Assembly: GCA_030588935.1 (NCBI GenBank)
Contig: JAUUWR010000001.1
Location: forward strand, 1 to 30,887
DNA length: 30,887 nt
Direction: 5' to 3'
Source: a bacterium
GTDB lineage: Archaea; Nanobdellota; Nanobdellia; Pacearchaeales; GW2011-AR1
Shown piece after piece: positions 1 to 9,234 of the stretch. The position numbers and the translations under genes were made by a program. Below the pieces are notes generated by a model. That model was not told the origin of the DNA. It did not search any database and saw only the letters and a program-made list of their open reading frames with translations. Every line of letters starts with the position of its first letter. Position 1 is the first letter of the stretch.

Positions 1-308
1 CCGATAATTATTAGGGTGTCTCCCTGATTTGTATCATTAAATTTTGCGATTTCTTCTCCAAATAGTCTTACTCTTATTTGCCCGCTGCCGTCATCCAATG
101 TGATTGATGCAAATTTTCTTTCACCTTCACTTTGGAATTTATCCACAACATTAGCAATTACATTCGTTCTTCGGATTTTTTTGTCTCCAAGTTCAGCAAA
201 GCTAAGTCTTTTGTTTGGGGCTTCTGATTCTTCAAAAATCTGATTTGCTTTAAGCAAGTCTCCTATTCTTAGTTTGTATGCTATTTCTCTTTTGTATTGG
301 TCTGGCAT
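1..308 (-). CDS. RPA-like OB-fold ssDNA-binding protein (RPA32/RPA2-type), 3'-truncated by window edge
   Basis: Not in the ORF track; translated by hand from ATG at 308: MPDQYKREIAYKLRIGDLLKANQIFEE...RTNVIANVVDKF...ASITLDDGSGQIRVRLFG, open to base 1. The LDDGSGQI signature is typical of RPA-type OB folds. Confidence 0.8.
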   Translation of the reverse strand, partial: MPDQYKREIAYKLRIGDLLKANQIFEESEAPNKRLSFAELGDKKIRRTNVIANVVDKFQSEGERKFASITLDDGSGQIRVRLFGEEIAKFNDTNQGDTLIII

Positions 309-460
309 TTTTTTATTATTTTTTTGGAATTTTTACAATTATTTTATTTAATATTATTAACTGGAATTTTATAAAATATTAAGCTTGGTTGATGAGTTTG
401 CTTGCAGTCTTTTTTGTTTGCTTGCGCTTCTCATCTCCAGAACTTTTATCTTGTGAGATT
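309..460 (-). promoter_or_regulatory. Long upstream element copy 1 (rpa)
   Basis: Sense: AAGTTCTGGAGATGAG-AAGCGCAAGCAAAC-AAAAAAGACTGCAAGCAAAC-TCATC...AAATTCCAGTTAATAATATTAA...AAATTCCAAAAAAATAA-ATG. Confidence 0.75.
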
Positions 461-579
461 ATTAGTATAATATTTGTATTATTAGTTATTATATTGTTAA
501 ATTATGAAAAATGTTTTTTAAAGATTTATGTGGTTGAAGTATAGAAAAGGTTTTAAAGGCATATTTTCTAGACTAAAAA

Positions 580-1020
580 ATGCAAAATACAAGATTTTTT
601 GATGTAGAAGGTTTGAATGAATATCTTAGAAATAATTTAAGGGGAAATGTGTTAAATATAAAGCATTATGAGAATAGAGAGAGGTTTTATGCAACGAGAT
701 TTCAAGAGAGGTCTTTTGAAATAATTCCTGAAGAATTATTAGCAAATGATTCAATTACTCAAGGAAACTATTTTGAGAAGGGAGTAAGATATCCTTATGA
801 AGAATTAAGGTTTAGAGTTCATAAATCTTTTTTACTTGCTGGAAATCATTCTATTCCAAAAGGAAAATATAGGGTTAGAGTGACTTCTAGGGGAGTAGAT
901 AAGCCAGTTGTCAAAACTTTTGTTAGAGGTTTTTGCAGATGGAAAAAAAGAAATTTACCTATGAGTTTACCTTTAGATAAGATTCTTAATGGGGAGCTTG
1001 AGGATTATATTATTGAATAA
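580..1020 (+). CDS. hypothetical protein (146 aa ORFan)
   Basis: ORF with TATA-like TTTTAAAG at 551-558 (about -29); stop lies 2 nt from the mcm stop. No family recognised. Confidence 0.7.
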   Translation: MQNTRFFDVEGLNEYLRNNLRGNVLNIKHYENRERFYATRFQERSFEIIPEELLANDSITQGNYFEKGVRYPYEELRFRVHKSFLLAGNHSIPKGKYRVRVTSRGVDKPVVKTFVRGFCRWKKRNLPMSLPLDKILNGELEDYIIE

Positions 1021-1022
1021 TT

Positions 1023-3029
1023 TCAAATCAACTGCACAAACCCAGATTTGGGCTGGAAAACGTCTCCGATTTTCTTGAGTTTTTCAAAAGATTCTTCAAA
1101 TTCAGTATCTGAGATATTGTCGCCTAATTCTTTTCTTAAAATATTCAGGGGAACCATTTTTCCGTGTTTTTCTTCAAGTTTCCTGATAGTTTCTTTTACG
1201 AGAATGATTTTATTTCTTTGACTTGAACTTACTTTTGATGTGAACCTGTCAATATCAAAGGTTTTTGTTTCAGAGTCATAGCCGACCTGCATTAAATAAT
1301 AATTTGTTAGTCTGATTGCCACTTGTGCATCTTGTTTTTCAACTTTGTTGCTTAGTCTTGTTTTTGCATGTGCTTCTGCAAGTCTTATCAAGCCCTGCAG
1401 TTGTCTTGCAGAAATTGGTATTGAGCTTGAATCTCCTGATGCCTGCATGTTTCTTAATTTTACATAAAAACTCTTGATTTCTTCTACTGCTTCGTCTGTT
1501 AATTTTGGGTTAACTTTTTGCTTGGCATAAGCAACATATTTTCTGAATAATTCCCTATCTATTTCTGATTCTCTGCCTTTCATTTGATGGAGGTTTAAAA
1601 CATGAGTTGCAATTGCATCATCTTGTTCTTTATTTGGAAGGTCTCTGAGTATGAAGATGAGATCGAATCTGTTAATTAATGCAGGGGGCAGATCAATTTG
1701 CTGTGTGATTGATTGAAGAGGTTCAAATCTTCCGTATTTAGGATTTCCTGCTGCTAAAACAGAAGTTTGGGCACTTAACGTGGCCTGAACATTAGCTTTA
1801 CTTATTGTAACTGTTTGTTGTTCAAGCGCCTCGTGCATTGCACTTCTATCTTCAGCATTCATTTTTTCAATTTCATCAATACATACAACTCCTTTATTGG
1901 CAAGAACCATTGCTCCTGCTTCCAAGCTCCATCCTTTTAAGAATTCGTCTCTTACAACAGTTGCTGTGATTCCTCTTCCACTTGCTCCCATTCCAACAAC
2001 ATATCTTCCTTTTGGGGCAATATTTGAGATAAATTTTAATGTTACTGATTTGGCTACGCCAGGATCTCCCATTAAAAATAAATGAATATCTCCTCTTGAA
2101 GTGGTTCCATCTGAGCTTACTTTCCTTACCCCCCCAAACATTTGCAAGACTAAAGACTCTTTAATTTCATCATAACCCCAAATACTTGGAGCTATACTTC
2201 CTTTTAATTTATTAAATAATTTAGGGTCTGCTGCTAATTCCTGAATTTGCCTCTCATCTTCTTCATCAATTTCAAAATCTTCATAAGTTGATTCTAAAGG
2301 TATTAGATTGTTTGCTTCAACAGCTAAATCAAATCTTGTTGAAATTGAACCTGATTGCAATGGGACTGGAACTTCTTTTAAAATCCCTAATACTCTTACT
2401 TTGCTTCCAGGGGTTGTTTTTTCTTCCATTCCTGGCTCTACTAAATCTTCTTTTAAAAATACAGGCATTCTTCTTGGTTGTTCTCCTCCAGATAATGATT
2501 CAGGAGATTCTTCAATAACTAATCTTTGAGCATCAACCATTGATTTGCTGATTAATCTGAATTGTCCTTTTCTTCCACAAGAACATCTGCTTGGTTCTCT
2601 GAACTTTTTTTCAATTTGCAATACAGAGATGACTGTCCCGCAAGAAGGGCATTCGAATTTAGCATTAACTACCTGCGGACGGACTTCTGAAGTTTGTCTT
2701 ACTAGTCCTTCAAAAAATATCAGTTGATTAAGATGCTGAGCTCTAATTGTTCTTATTTTTACTTTTTGTGTTTCAGGAAGATTGTTTAATCTGATTCTTG
2801 CATCTTTTATAAGTCCTGTTTCTTCTAAAGCTGTTTCAAGAATTTGCAAGAGTTCTTCTGGATTGCTTATTAATGCTTCTGATAAAATAGGCGAGTGAGA
2901 AGCAAGGTCATTAAAGTGTATAAAAACAACTTTTCTGCCTTTTCTAATGCTTTCACCTATGTCTTTTTTATAAGTTGCAAAAAAAGATTTTGCTTCAATT
3001 ATTAGTTCTTCAGTTCCTTTTGGTGGCAT
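1023..3029 (-). CDS. mcm: Minichromosome maintenance replicative helicase
   Basis: Zn finger CPSC..CSC, Walker A GDPGVAKS, Walker B VCIDEIEKM, SRF-like INRFD, ISARQL sensor; 668 aa, no intein visible. Confidence 0.98.
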   Translation of the reverse strand: MPPKGTEELIIEAKSFFATYKKDIGESIRKGRKVVFIHFNDLASHSPILSEALISNPEELLQILETALEETGLIKDARIRLNNLPETQKVKIRTIRAQHLNQLIFFEGLVRQTSEVRPQVVNAKFECPSCGTVISVLQIEKKFREPSRCSCGRKGQFRLISKSMVDAQRLVIEESPESLSGGEQPRRMPVFLKEDLVEPGMEEKTTPGSKVRVLGILKEVPVPLQSGSISTRFDLAVEANNLIPLESTYEDFEIDEEDERQIQELAADPKLFNKLKGSIAPSIWGYDEIKESLVLQMFGGVRKVSSDGTTSRGDIHLFLMGDPGVAKSVTLKFISNIAPKGRYVVGMGASGRGITATVVRDEFLKGWSLEAGAMVLANKGVVCIDEIEKMNAEDRSAMHEALEQQTVTISKANVQATLSAQTSVLAAGNPKYGRFEPLQSITQQIDLPPALINRFDLIFILRDLPNKEQDDAIATHVLNLHQMKGRESEIDRELFRKYVAYAKQKVNPKLTDEAVEEIKSFYVKLRNMQASGDSSSIPISARQLQGLIRLAEAHAKTRLSNKVEKQDAQVAIRLTNYYLMQVGYDSETKTFDIDRFTSKVSSSQRNKIILVKETIRKLEEKHGKMVPLNILRKELGDNISDTEFEESFEKLKKIGDVFQPKSGFVQLI

Positions 3030-3221
3030 TTTTTATTATGTTTTGAATTTCATGAAAAATTTACTTAATATTATTAACTGGAATCTTAATGGATAGTTAA
3101 GTTATTCAGAGGAGATGCTTAAGCTCTTTCTTGTTTACTTAATCTTCTTATTCGTCCCATAAATATTTTATATATTATTAGTTTTTTATATAAAATATAT
3201 GAGCGAACAAAGTGAGCGAGC
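3030..3221 (-). promoter_or_regulatory. Long upstream element copy 2 (mcm) with tandem-GA hairpin
   Basis: Plus-strand block TTTACTTAATATTATTAACTGGAATCTTAATG 3060-3091; GCTTAAGC 3117-3124; GAGCGAACAAAGTGAGCGAGC 3201-3221. Confidence 0.75.
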
Positions 3222-3387
3222 TATAAGATAATTATTTTCCTCCTTTTGTGCATAAGAGAGAAGAGTTTGATTTATAAATAATTATTTGTTGTGTAGGATA
3301 TAATTAGAAATATGTTATCTAAACAAATGAAGTGATGGGGGGTTATTTTATCTAAATATTTAAATATATTAATAATCTATAATAAAT

Positions 3388-3648
3388 ATGAGAAGTTATA
3401 AGGTTGGTTTGAAGGATTTGAAGTTTTTAGTAGAGGGTTTTGTAGATGGAATGTATTTTACGAGAACGGGGGCTGTTAGATGGTGTAAGGAAAACAAGGA
3501 AATAATAACTCCTGAATTTATGAAGAGAGTTCGTGCTAGTCCTGATGGATTTTTTTATTATGAAAGTCATCTAAGAGAGGATTTAGATGAATTTGAGAAA
3601 ATGTTAAATGAACTTTCTGAAACAGAAGAAATTCTTTCTACTCTTTAA
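3388..3648 (+). CDS. hypothetical protein (86 aa ORFan)
   Basis: ORF with TTTAAATA at 3359-3366 (-29); stop abuts the tbp stop. Confidence 0.65.
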   Translation: MRSYKVGLKDLKFLVEGFVDGMYFTRTGAVRWCKENKEIITPEFMKRVRASPDGFFYYESHLREDLDEFEKMLNELSETEEILSTL

Positions 3649-4209
3649 TTATTTATTCCGATTAGCCTCTCTTATTCTTTTGATTAATTGTGTCATTGAG
3701 TCTTCTAATTGCTGGTTGTTTTTTGTTCCTGTGCAGACTAATTTTCCATTACTGAATAATAAGAAAGTTGCGTTGGGTTCAACAAGCTTATATACTAAGC
3801 CTGGGAATTGTTCTGGTTCATATTCTGTGTTTTCTAATTCTAAAGCCAGGAAATTTAGATTTAATGGAATGTTAATACTTCCAGAAGCAACAATGTTTTG
3901 GACAGTTATTTTTGGTTTTCCAGTTATTTTGATATTTATTTTCCTTAGTGTTTTTATAACCTGTTCAATAACTTGTTTAACTTGCAGAATTGATTTTGTT
4001 CCTGTGCAAACTAAATTTCCTGATGCAAATACAAGAACTGCGGATTTTGGTTTTTTGATTCTTAATATGAGCCCTGGAAATGTTTCAGGATTATATGTCG
4101 TGGTTTGAATTGTTTTTGCTAATTTTGTTAAGGGAACATCTTTTCCTAACGAAGTTGTTGCAACTATGTTTTGAATTTTTAAAGAAGTTTTTGATTTTGT
4201 TTTAGGCAT
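3649..4209 (-). CDS. tbp: TATA-box-binding protein
   Basis: Two TBP repeats: IQNIVATT...YNPETFPGLILR...VLVFASGNLVCTG and VQNIVASG...YEPEQFPGLVYK...FLLFSNGKLVCTG. Confidence 0.98.
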   Translation of the reverse strand: MPKTKSKTSLKIQNIVATTSLGKDVPLTKLAKTIQTTTYNPETFPGLILRIKKPKSAVLVFASGNLVCTGTKSILQVKQVIEQVIKTLRKINIKITGKPKITVQNIVASGSINIPLNLNFLALELENTEYEPEQFPGLVYKLVEPNATFLLFSNGKLVCTGTKNNQQLEDSMTQLIKRIREANRNK

Positions 4210-4383
4210 TTTGTTTATTTTATTTTTTATTGGAATCTAATATTATTTTATTCTGGAATCTCTTATAAATTATTAATCTATTCAGATGACTTGCTTAAGC
4301 TTTTCTTCCGAGTAAATTATATTTTATTTATTATTAGTTTATAATATCGTAAAACAGGTGAGCGAACAAAGTAAGCGAGCCTG
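4210..4383 (-). promoter_or_regulatory. Long upstream element copy 3 (tbp) with tandem-GA hairpin
   Basis: TGGAATCT at 4231 and 4254; GCTTAAGC 4293-4300; GAGCGAACAAAGTAAGCGAGC 4360-4380. Confidence 0.75.
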
Positions 4384-4548
4384 ATATATTTGATATTTTT
4401 ATTGAGTTATTACTTTTGAATAATTAGTAAAGTTTATAAAGGGAGAGAGAGGTTTGGGTTTTTAAAGTTTTGGGTGGTGTTGTGAGAAAAATCAAAATAT
4501 ATCTTATAGATTGATAATATTTTTAAAGATAAATTTTATTTTTATAAT

Positions 4549-4845
4549 ATGAAATCTAAATCTAAAGTTAAACATGAGTTATCAAAGAATATAGTTAATT
4601 ATTTGCATGATACTTTTGGAGAGAATTATAGACAGATTGGAGAAAAGATAGACTTATCAGAGAGTTTTATGTCCCTGGTTAGACATGGAGAAAGAAATTT
4701 GACTCTTGATCATTTATTAAGGATTGAAAGTGTTTATGAAACTCCTCTCCCAACTATTTTAATACAAGCTATTAAAGATAAAAATATTCCAGAAGAATTA
4801 AGAGAGGGATATGAACTTCTTCGTGAGATAGTGATGGAAATTTAA
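4549..4845 (+). CDS. XRE-family helix-turn-helix protein
   Basis: NYRQIGEKIDLSESFMSLVRHGERNLTLDHLLRI matches the XRE/Cro HTH pattern; TTTTAAAG at 4521-4528; overlaps the lig stop by 4 nt. Confidence 0.75.
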   Translation: MKSKSKVKHELSKNIVNYLHDTFGENYRQIGEKIDLSESFMSLVRHGERNLTLDHLLRIESVYETPLPTILIQAIKDKNIPEELREGYELLREIVMEI

Positions 4846-6548
4846 TACCTCACCTTCAACTCATGCCTTTCATAATCATTAGTGATTTCTTTTAAAGTTG
4901 CAACATCTTCTGCTCTTCTGTCAGGCCTAAGCTGGATTATTCTTGGAAATCTTAATGCAAATCCGGACTTATAGGTTGGTGAGCGCTGGATGTTTTGATA
5001 TCTTATTGTCACTACAATTTTGGGTTTGATGTCTACTTTTCTTCCATGCTCTTTTGTGATTAAGGGGTTAAGTTTTTTTGTTAGTTCTGTAAATGAAAGT
5101 CCGAGTTCTTTTTTTTCTTTTAATCCTGATGATTTTCCTATTTCAAGGAATTTGTTTGTTTCGTCATCTTTGCATGATAGGGTGAAAGACGCTAAAGCTC
5201 CAGCTCTTTTTCCTTTTCCATATTCTCCTCCTGTGATAACTAAATCAAGCTCGTTTTCAGCTGGCTTGAGTTTTAGCATGTGCCCGACTCTTGCTCCTGG
5301 CTGATATGCTGATTTTAAGTTTTTAATCATAACTCCTTCTTGATTGTCTTTTAATGCCTGGTTGTAGAATTCTTTTACTTTTTTTTCATCACTTGTTATT
5401 AATTGATGCGCTGTTTTAAGGTGGAATCTCTTGTTTTTGATTATTTTTCTTAAGAGTTTTGTTCTTTTTTCAAAGGGCTGGTCAACTAATGGTTTTCCAT
5501 TATAATACAATAAATCAAATGCATTGATTTCTATTGGGAGTTTTTTGACTAATTCTGGAATATTATGTTTTCTTTTGATTCTCTGGGAAACTGCTTGAAA
5601 AGGAGTGTATTTTTTTGTTTTTCTGTCAAAACCAACTGCTTCTGAGTCAATTATAAATGATTTGGCTTTTATGTGCTGTTTGACATACTGGATAACTTCT
5701 GGGAATTGGGTGGAAACATTGTCTAATCTTCTTGTGAATATTTTTATATTTCCCTGCTCATCTTTGTTTATCATCATTCTAAAGCCATCATATTTATATT
5801 CGAAACAAGCAGGCTTGCCAACTCTTTTAAATCCATCTTCAATATCTTCTGCTTTTAATGCCAGCATTGCTTTTAATGGATGCCCAGGAGTTAAGGTGAT
5901 TGATTTTAATGCTCTTGCTCCTTTGCATGCTTTTTCAAATACTAATGCAAAATCAGTTGCTTTATCATATGCATTTTGGATGAGGCTATGATTTTCTTTT
6001 GTTTTGTCAAGACAAGCCCATACAATAGCATCTCTTATTGTTCCAGAAGCTACTCCTATTCTTAATTTGTTTAATAAAGTTCTGATAATGTATTTTGCTT
6101 CTATTTCTGAGGCAGATGTTAAGAGTTCTGAGATAAGGGAGAGTTTTTTGTCTACTGTTCCTTTGCCTTCTAGTTCTGGAAGTTTTTGCAGGTTTGCGAG
6201 AACTTTTTCAGTTGTTAATTTATGAGAGAATAATGTGTTTTGTTTTTTCTTTAAAATTATTTGTTCTGCTACTTTTCCTAAATCTCCTATTTTTTTGTAT
6301 TTTTGGATAATATCTTTTTTGTCAATTCCAGAGGATTTTGACAGTGCTTTAATGCATAATTGCTCTGAAATTCCAAATTCTCTTTCATCATAATCTGGAA
6401 ATACTTTTCCTTGGATGAGGTAAATTATTTGCTTGTCTTTTTCTTTTTTTAATGTTTTTAGGAAGTCTGCTAAGATTTCTGTTTTTTTTAATCTAGATGG
6501 GTTTTGTTCTAGGTCTTCGTATATTGTGCATAATTGTGAGTATTGCAT
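4842..6548 (-). CDS. lig: ATP-dependent DNA ligase
   Basis: Motif I EYKYDGFR, IIDSEAV, NAFDLLY, EGVMIK, WxK-like MLKLK, ALRFPRI; N-terminal DNA-binding domain. Confidence 0.98.
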   Translation of the reverse strand: MQYSQLCTIYEDLEQNPSRLKKTEILADFLKTLKKEKDKQIIYLIQGKVFPDYDEREFGISEQLCIKALSKSSGIDKKDIIQKYKKIGDLGKVAEQIILKKKQNTLFSHKLTTEKVLANLQKLPELEGKGTVDKKLSLISELLTSASEIEAKYIIRTLLNKLRIGVASGTIRDAIVWACLDKTKENHSLIQNAYDKATDFALVFEKACKGARALKSITLTPGHPLKAMLALKAEDIEDGFKRVGKPACFEYKYDGFRMMINKDEQGNIKIFTRRLDNVSTQFPEVIQYVKQHIKAKSFIIDSEAVGFDRKTKKYTPFQAVSQRIKRKHNIPELVKKLPIEINAFDLLYYNGKPLVDQPFEKRTKLLRKIIKNKRFHLKTAHQLITSDEKKVKEFYNQALKDNQEGVMIKNLKSAYQPGARVGHMLKLKPAENELDLVITGGEYGKGKRAGALASFTLSCKDDETNKFLEIGKSSGLKEKKELGLSFTELTKKLNPLITKEHGRKVDIKPKIVVTIRYQNIQRSPTYKSGFALRFPRIIQLRPDRRAEDVATLKEITNDYERHELKVRY

Positions 6549-6725
6549 TTTTGTTATATTATTTTTCTGGAATCTTTACTTAATATTATTAACTGGAATC
6601 TTAGATTAGATAATGAGATGAGGTTTATTTAGCGCTTATAGGTTCATCTTCAACCTTAATCGTCTTTTCTTTAAACTTACTCAAACTCATCTTTCGAACG
6701 TTTATTCTTGTAAGATTAGTGATAT
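6549..6725 (-). promoter_or_regulatory. Long upstream element copy 4 (lig)
   Basis: TGGAATCTT at 6568 and 6594; GAGATGAG 6615-6622; CTCATCTTTCGAAC 6686-6699; CTTGTAAGATTAG upstream. Confidence 0.75.
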
Positions 6726-6788
6726 TTATTAGTTGGTTCCTTCTTTTATTTAAGAAATCTTTTAGGTTTATTAAGGTTTTTAATTGGA

Positions 6789-7295
6789 TTAGTGATCTTT
6801 TAGTTCTGGGAGATCTGACAAAATTTTTTCTAAATTTTCTTCTAGTTGGGTATTAGAAAGGGATTCTTTTATTCCAATTGTTTTGAATATAAGGGGAGAT
6901 ATAAAGTATGTAATATTAAAATAAGGATTTATTTCAATTCTATTTTTTTTTAATTCAAAAGTTCCATATCCTGTATTCATTATTAAATTATTTTGATTTA
7001 TTAAATCATATGAGATAGAATCAGGTTCATAAAAAGAATCCTTTGGTTTATATTCTTTTAATAATCTATATAGCCCTTCAAATTCAGGTAATACATCTAA
7101 TTTATTCATATTAGTTGGCCAGGACATTCTTATAGTTGGCGATTCGTTATTTTTTTGATAATGAGAATTTACTTGTAGGAAACGAGTAGACTCTATATAA
7201 AAGCTATTCTTTCTAACTACTTCTTTTTTTTCTCCTTTACCAAATTCATTTTCTTTTGTTTTTACTATGATTTGTGTATTTGTTGCAGTTTTCAT
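6789..7295 (-). CDS. hypothetical protein (168 aa ORFan)
   Basis: Long ORF in an AT-rich stretch; no family recognised. Confidence 0.65.
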   Translation of the reverse strand: MKTATNTQIIVKTKENEFGKGEKKEVVRKNSFYIESTRFLQVNSHYQKNNESPTIRMSWPTNMNKLDVLPEFEGLYRLLKEYKPKDSFYEPDSISYDLINQNNLIMNTGYGTFELKKNRIEINPYFNITYFISPLIFKTIGIKESLSNTQLEENLEKILSDLPELKDH

Positions 7296-7340
7296 TTTTT
7301 TAGTATATTTTAATTCTTTTTAAGAATTATTGTGGTAGAG

Positions 7341-7913
7341 TTATTTCCCTCTTCTTTTTCCAGCTCTTACAGAAGGCCTATTTTTATTCATTGGAGATTT
7401 GCTTCTCAATCCTCTGCTCTTTTTTCCTGCAGATGTTAATCCTCTGAAAACTCTGTTTTTGTTTGAAGGTTTGGTTATCCATTTTGTTTTTTTATTATTT
7501 TTAATTTCTGGTCTGCTTGGGTCAATGAGAATAACTTCAAAAAAATAATATTTTCCATCTTTTCCAATATTATAAGAGTTCAAAATTTCAAGATTTTGGA
7601 ATTTTCTTTGGCATCTTTGTTCTGCGACCCATTGATAGCTCATTTTTACTATTTTTTTGTTTGTCTGTCTTTTTGTTCTTCTGCCTTTATTGGGTTTTTT
7701 TCTTTTTCTCCCTCCTCTCGAGATTCTGACTCTTGCCATAACAAAACCTTTTTTAGCTTTATAGCCAAGAGAGTGGGCCCTGTCAAGACGCAGAGGTTTT
7801 TCTACTTTAACAATTGCATTTGATTTTCTCCACTCAATCATTCTTTGCCTGAGTATTTTTTTATCTGGCTTTTTCCATGCTTGTCTTAAATGGTAATGTA
7901 GTCCTTTTGTCAT
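7341..7913 (-). CDS. rpl15e: 50S ribosomal protein L15e
   Basis: RLDRAHSLGYKAKKGFVMARVRISRGGR, QWVAEQR, LNSY, YYFFEVILIDP, RVFRGLTSAGKKSRGL. Confidence 0.97.
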   Translation of the reverse strand: MTKGLHYHLRQAWKKPDKKILRQRMIEWRKSNAIVKVEKPLRLDRAHSLGYKAKKGFVMARVRISRGGRKRKKPNKGRRTKRQTNKKIVKMSYQWVAEQRCQRKFQNLEILNSYNIGKDGKYYFFEVILIDPSRPEIKNNKKTKWITKPSNKNRVFRGLTSAGKKSRGLRSKSPMNKNRPSVRAGKRRGK

Positions 7914-7937
7914 GTTTTGATTAGAAAGAGTTTGTTT

Positions 7938-8825
7938 TTAAATGTTTCTTGGTATTTTTCCAAGCCTATTTATTAATGATTTTCTAGCAGTTCTTTCTTG
8001 TTGAGTATCAATCTCCCAATAAAAAACTTCTTCTGAGTTTATACCAATATCTATATAGCCTGTCCCTAGTATTTTTGGGATCTTCCTTGGAATATTTTTT
8101 ATTATAATAGGAAAATCAAGTTTTCTCTTAAATAAAGGAGCAGGATATAATGTTAAACAATGTTGATCTTTTCTGAATTCATAATATGGCACTATATTAA
8201 AAGGGTTTTTGTTTTCAAATTTTTTTGGTCTTTTTTGGGGTCTTCTTTCATGACTCCAACCCCCTTCTATTAGATTTTTGTAGAATTTTAATGGATTGAT
8301 GGGATCAATCATAATATGAGGGACATTTTTATCTTTTGGAATAAATACACTACTTTGATACCAGTCAGAAATTCTTCCTAATAAAAAAGAATTCCAAAAT
8401 AAAAAATCTTTTGTTTCTTCTATAACAACTCCTCTTATATGAGGTTGATGAAATTCAGAAAAAGGGAATTTAAATTCTTTACAACCTTTTAAACTATGCC
8501 ACCCATCTCCACCCCCATCTAGATGGGACATTGGTTTAACTGTAATAAAACAAGGAATATCTAAACCAAATAGATTAATATTTCTAAGAAGAATTGGGAC
8601 TTCATCCTTAGTCCATACTTGATATTCTTTTTCTCCCTCATATGTTATTTCTCCAGTTTCCCAGTTTCTTATTTGAATTTCATAAGAAATTGTTTTTAAA
8701 TTTTGATTAAAATCTTCTTCGTTATAGACTTTTCTTCCTTCAAAACCTAATTGCCACCATAAAACTTGTTTTTTATTAATAATTCTTTTTTCATTCAGTT
8801 TTTGTAAAAGTTTTTTATTAACCAT
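7938..8825 (-). CDS. hypothetical protein (295 aa, aromatic-rich ORFan)
   Basis: Long ORF immediately downstream of tRNA-Ile; no family recognised. Confidence 0.7.
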   Translation of the reverse strand: MVNKKLLQKLNEKRIINKKQVLWWQLGFEGRKVYNEEDFNQNLKTISYEIQIRNWETGEITYEGEKEYQVWTKDEVPILLRNINLFGLDIPCFITVKPMSHLDGGGDGWHSLKGCKEFKFPFSEFHQPHIRGVVIEETKDFLFWNSFLLGRISDWYQSSVFIPKDKNVPHIMIDPINPLKFYKNLIEGGWSHERRPQKRPKKFENKNPFNIVPYYEFRKDQHCLTLYPAPLFKRKLDFPIIIKNIPRKIPKILGTGYIDIGINSEEVFYWEIDTQQERTARKSLINRLGKIPRNI

Positions 8826-8851
8826 TTTATAACCCCTTTCCCCAGAAAAAA

Positions 8852-8926
8852 TGGTCCTGCTCGGATTTGAACCGAGGACCCCTACCTTATCAGAGTAGTG
8901 CTCTAACCAGGCTGAGCTACAGGACC
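8852..8926 (-). tRNA. tRNA-Ile(GAT), no intron, CCA not encoded
   Basis: Reverse complement GGTCCTG TAGCTCAGCCTGGTTAGAGC A CTACT-CTGATAA-GGTAG GGGTC CTCGG-TTCAAAT-CCGAG CAGGACC A forms a cloverleaf with anticodon GAT, followed by a T-tract. Confidence 0.97.
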
Positions 8927-9016
8927 ATAGAATTGATTATATATTTTGATTTATAAGTGTTTTTGTTTTGATTTATTTTTAGTAACATTTAAATATCTCT
9001 TATGCTTATTTTCTTT

Positions 9017-9231
9017 ATGGAACCTGAAGATATTAAAGGAGGATATGAGCCGAAGCTAGGGTTTATAAATCTAAAGGACCCCCTAAATTTAGAGACCCAA
9101 GTACATTACCACCTGAAGCATTAACTGACCCTGATTATGCTATAAAGCAATTACAAAAATATGCTGAAGAGCTTAATCCTGGAATCAAATTTGATGCTGC
9201 ACTCTGCAGCAGATGTCATCATTGCAGATAA
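9017..9231 (+). pseudogene. Frameshifted small protein ending in CSRCHHCR (pseudogene, assembly error or recoding)
   Basis: ATG at 9017 with TTTAAATA at -29 gives 35 aa (stop 9122-9124). The -1 frame is open 9049-9231 without an ATG: AEARVYKSKGPPKFRDPSTLPPEALTDPDYAIKQLQKYAEELNPGIKFDAALCSRCHHCR*. Confidence 0.6.
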
Positions 9232-9234
9232 TTC

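Noticed and set aside
1023-3029. Intein in MCM
   Set aside because: Length (668 aa) and continuous motifs match an uninterrupted MCM; no C/S...HN boundaries seen.
1897-6225. Plus-strand ORFs 1897, 2288, 2308, 2545, 3608, 5020, 5605, 6004
   Set aside because: Antisense shadows of mcm, tbp and lig with Ser/Phe/Leu-biased translations and no motifs.
8852-8926. tRNA-Ile (or tRNA-Gly) as an integration site for a provirus or island
   Set aside because: No integrase and no duplicated tRNA 3' fragment (att site) found by eye; the flanks include core genes.
9017-9231. Stop-codon reassignment or selenocysteine readthrough to explain the split gene
   Set aside because: The -1 frame upstream has both TGA and TAA stops, and genes elsewhere in the window end normally in TGA, TAA and TAG.
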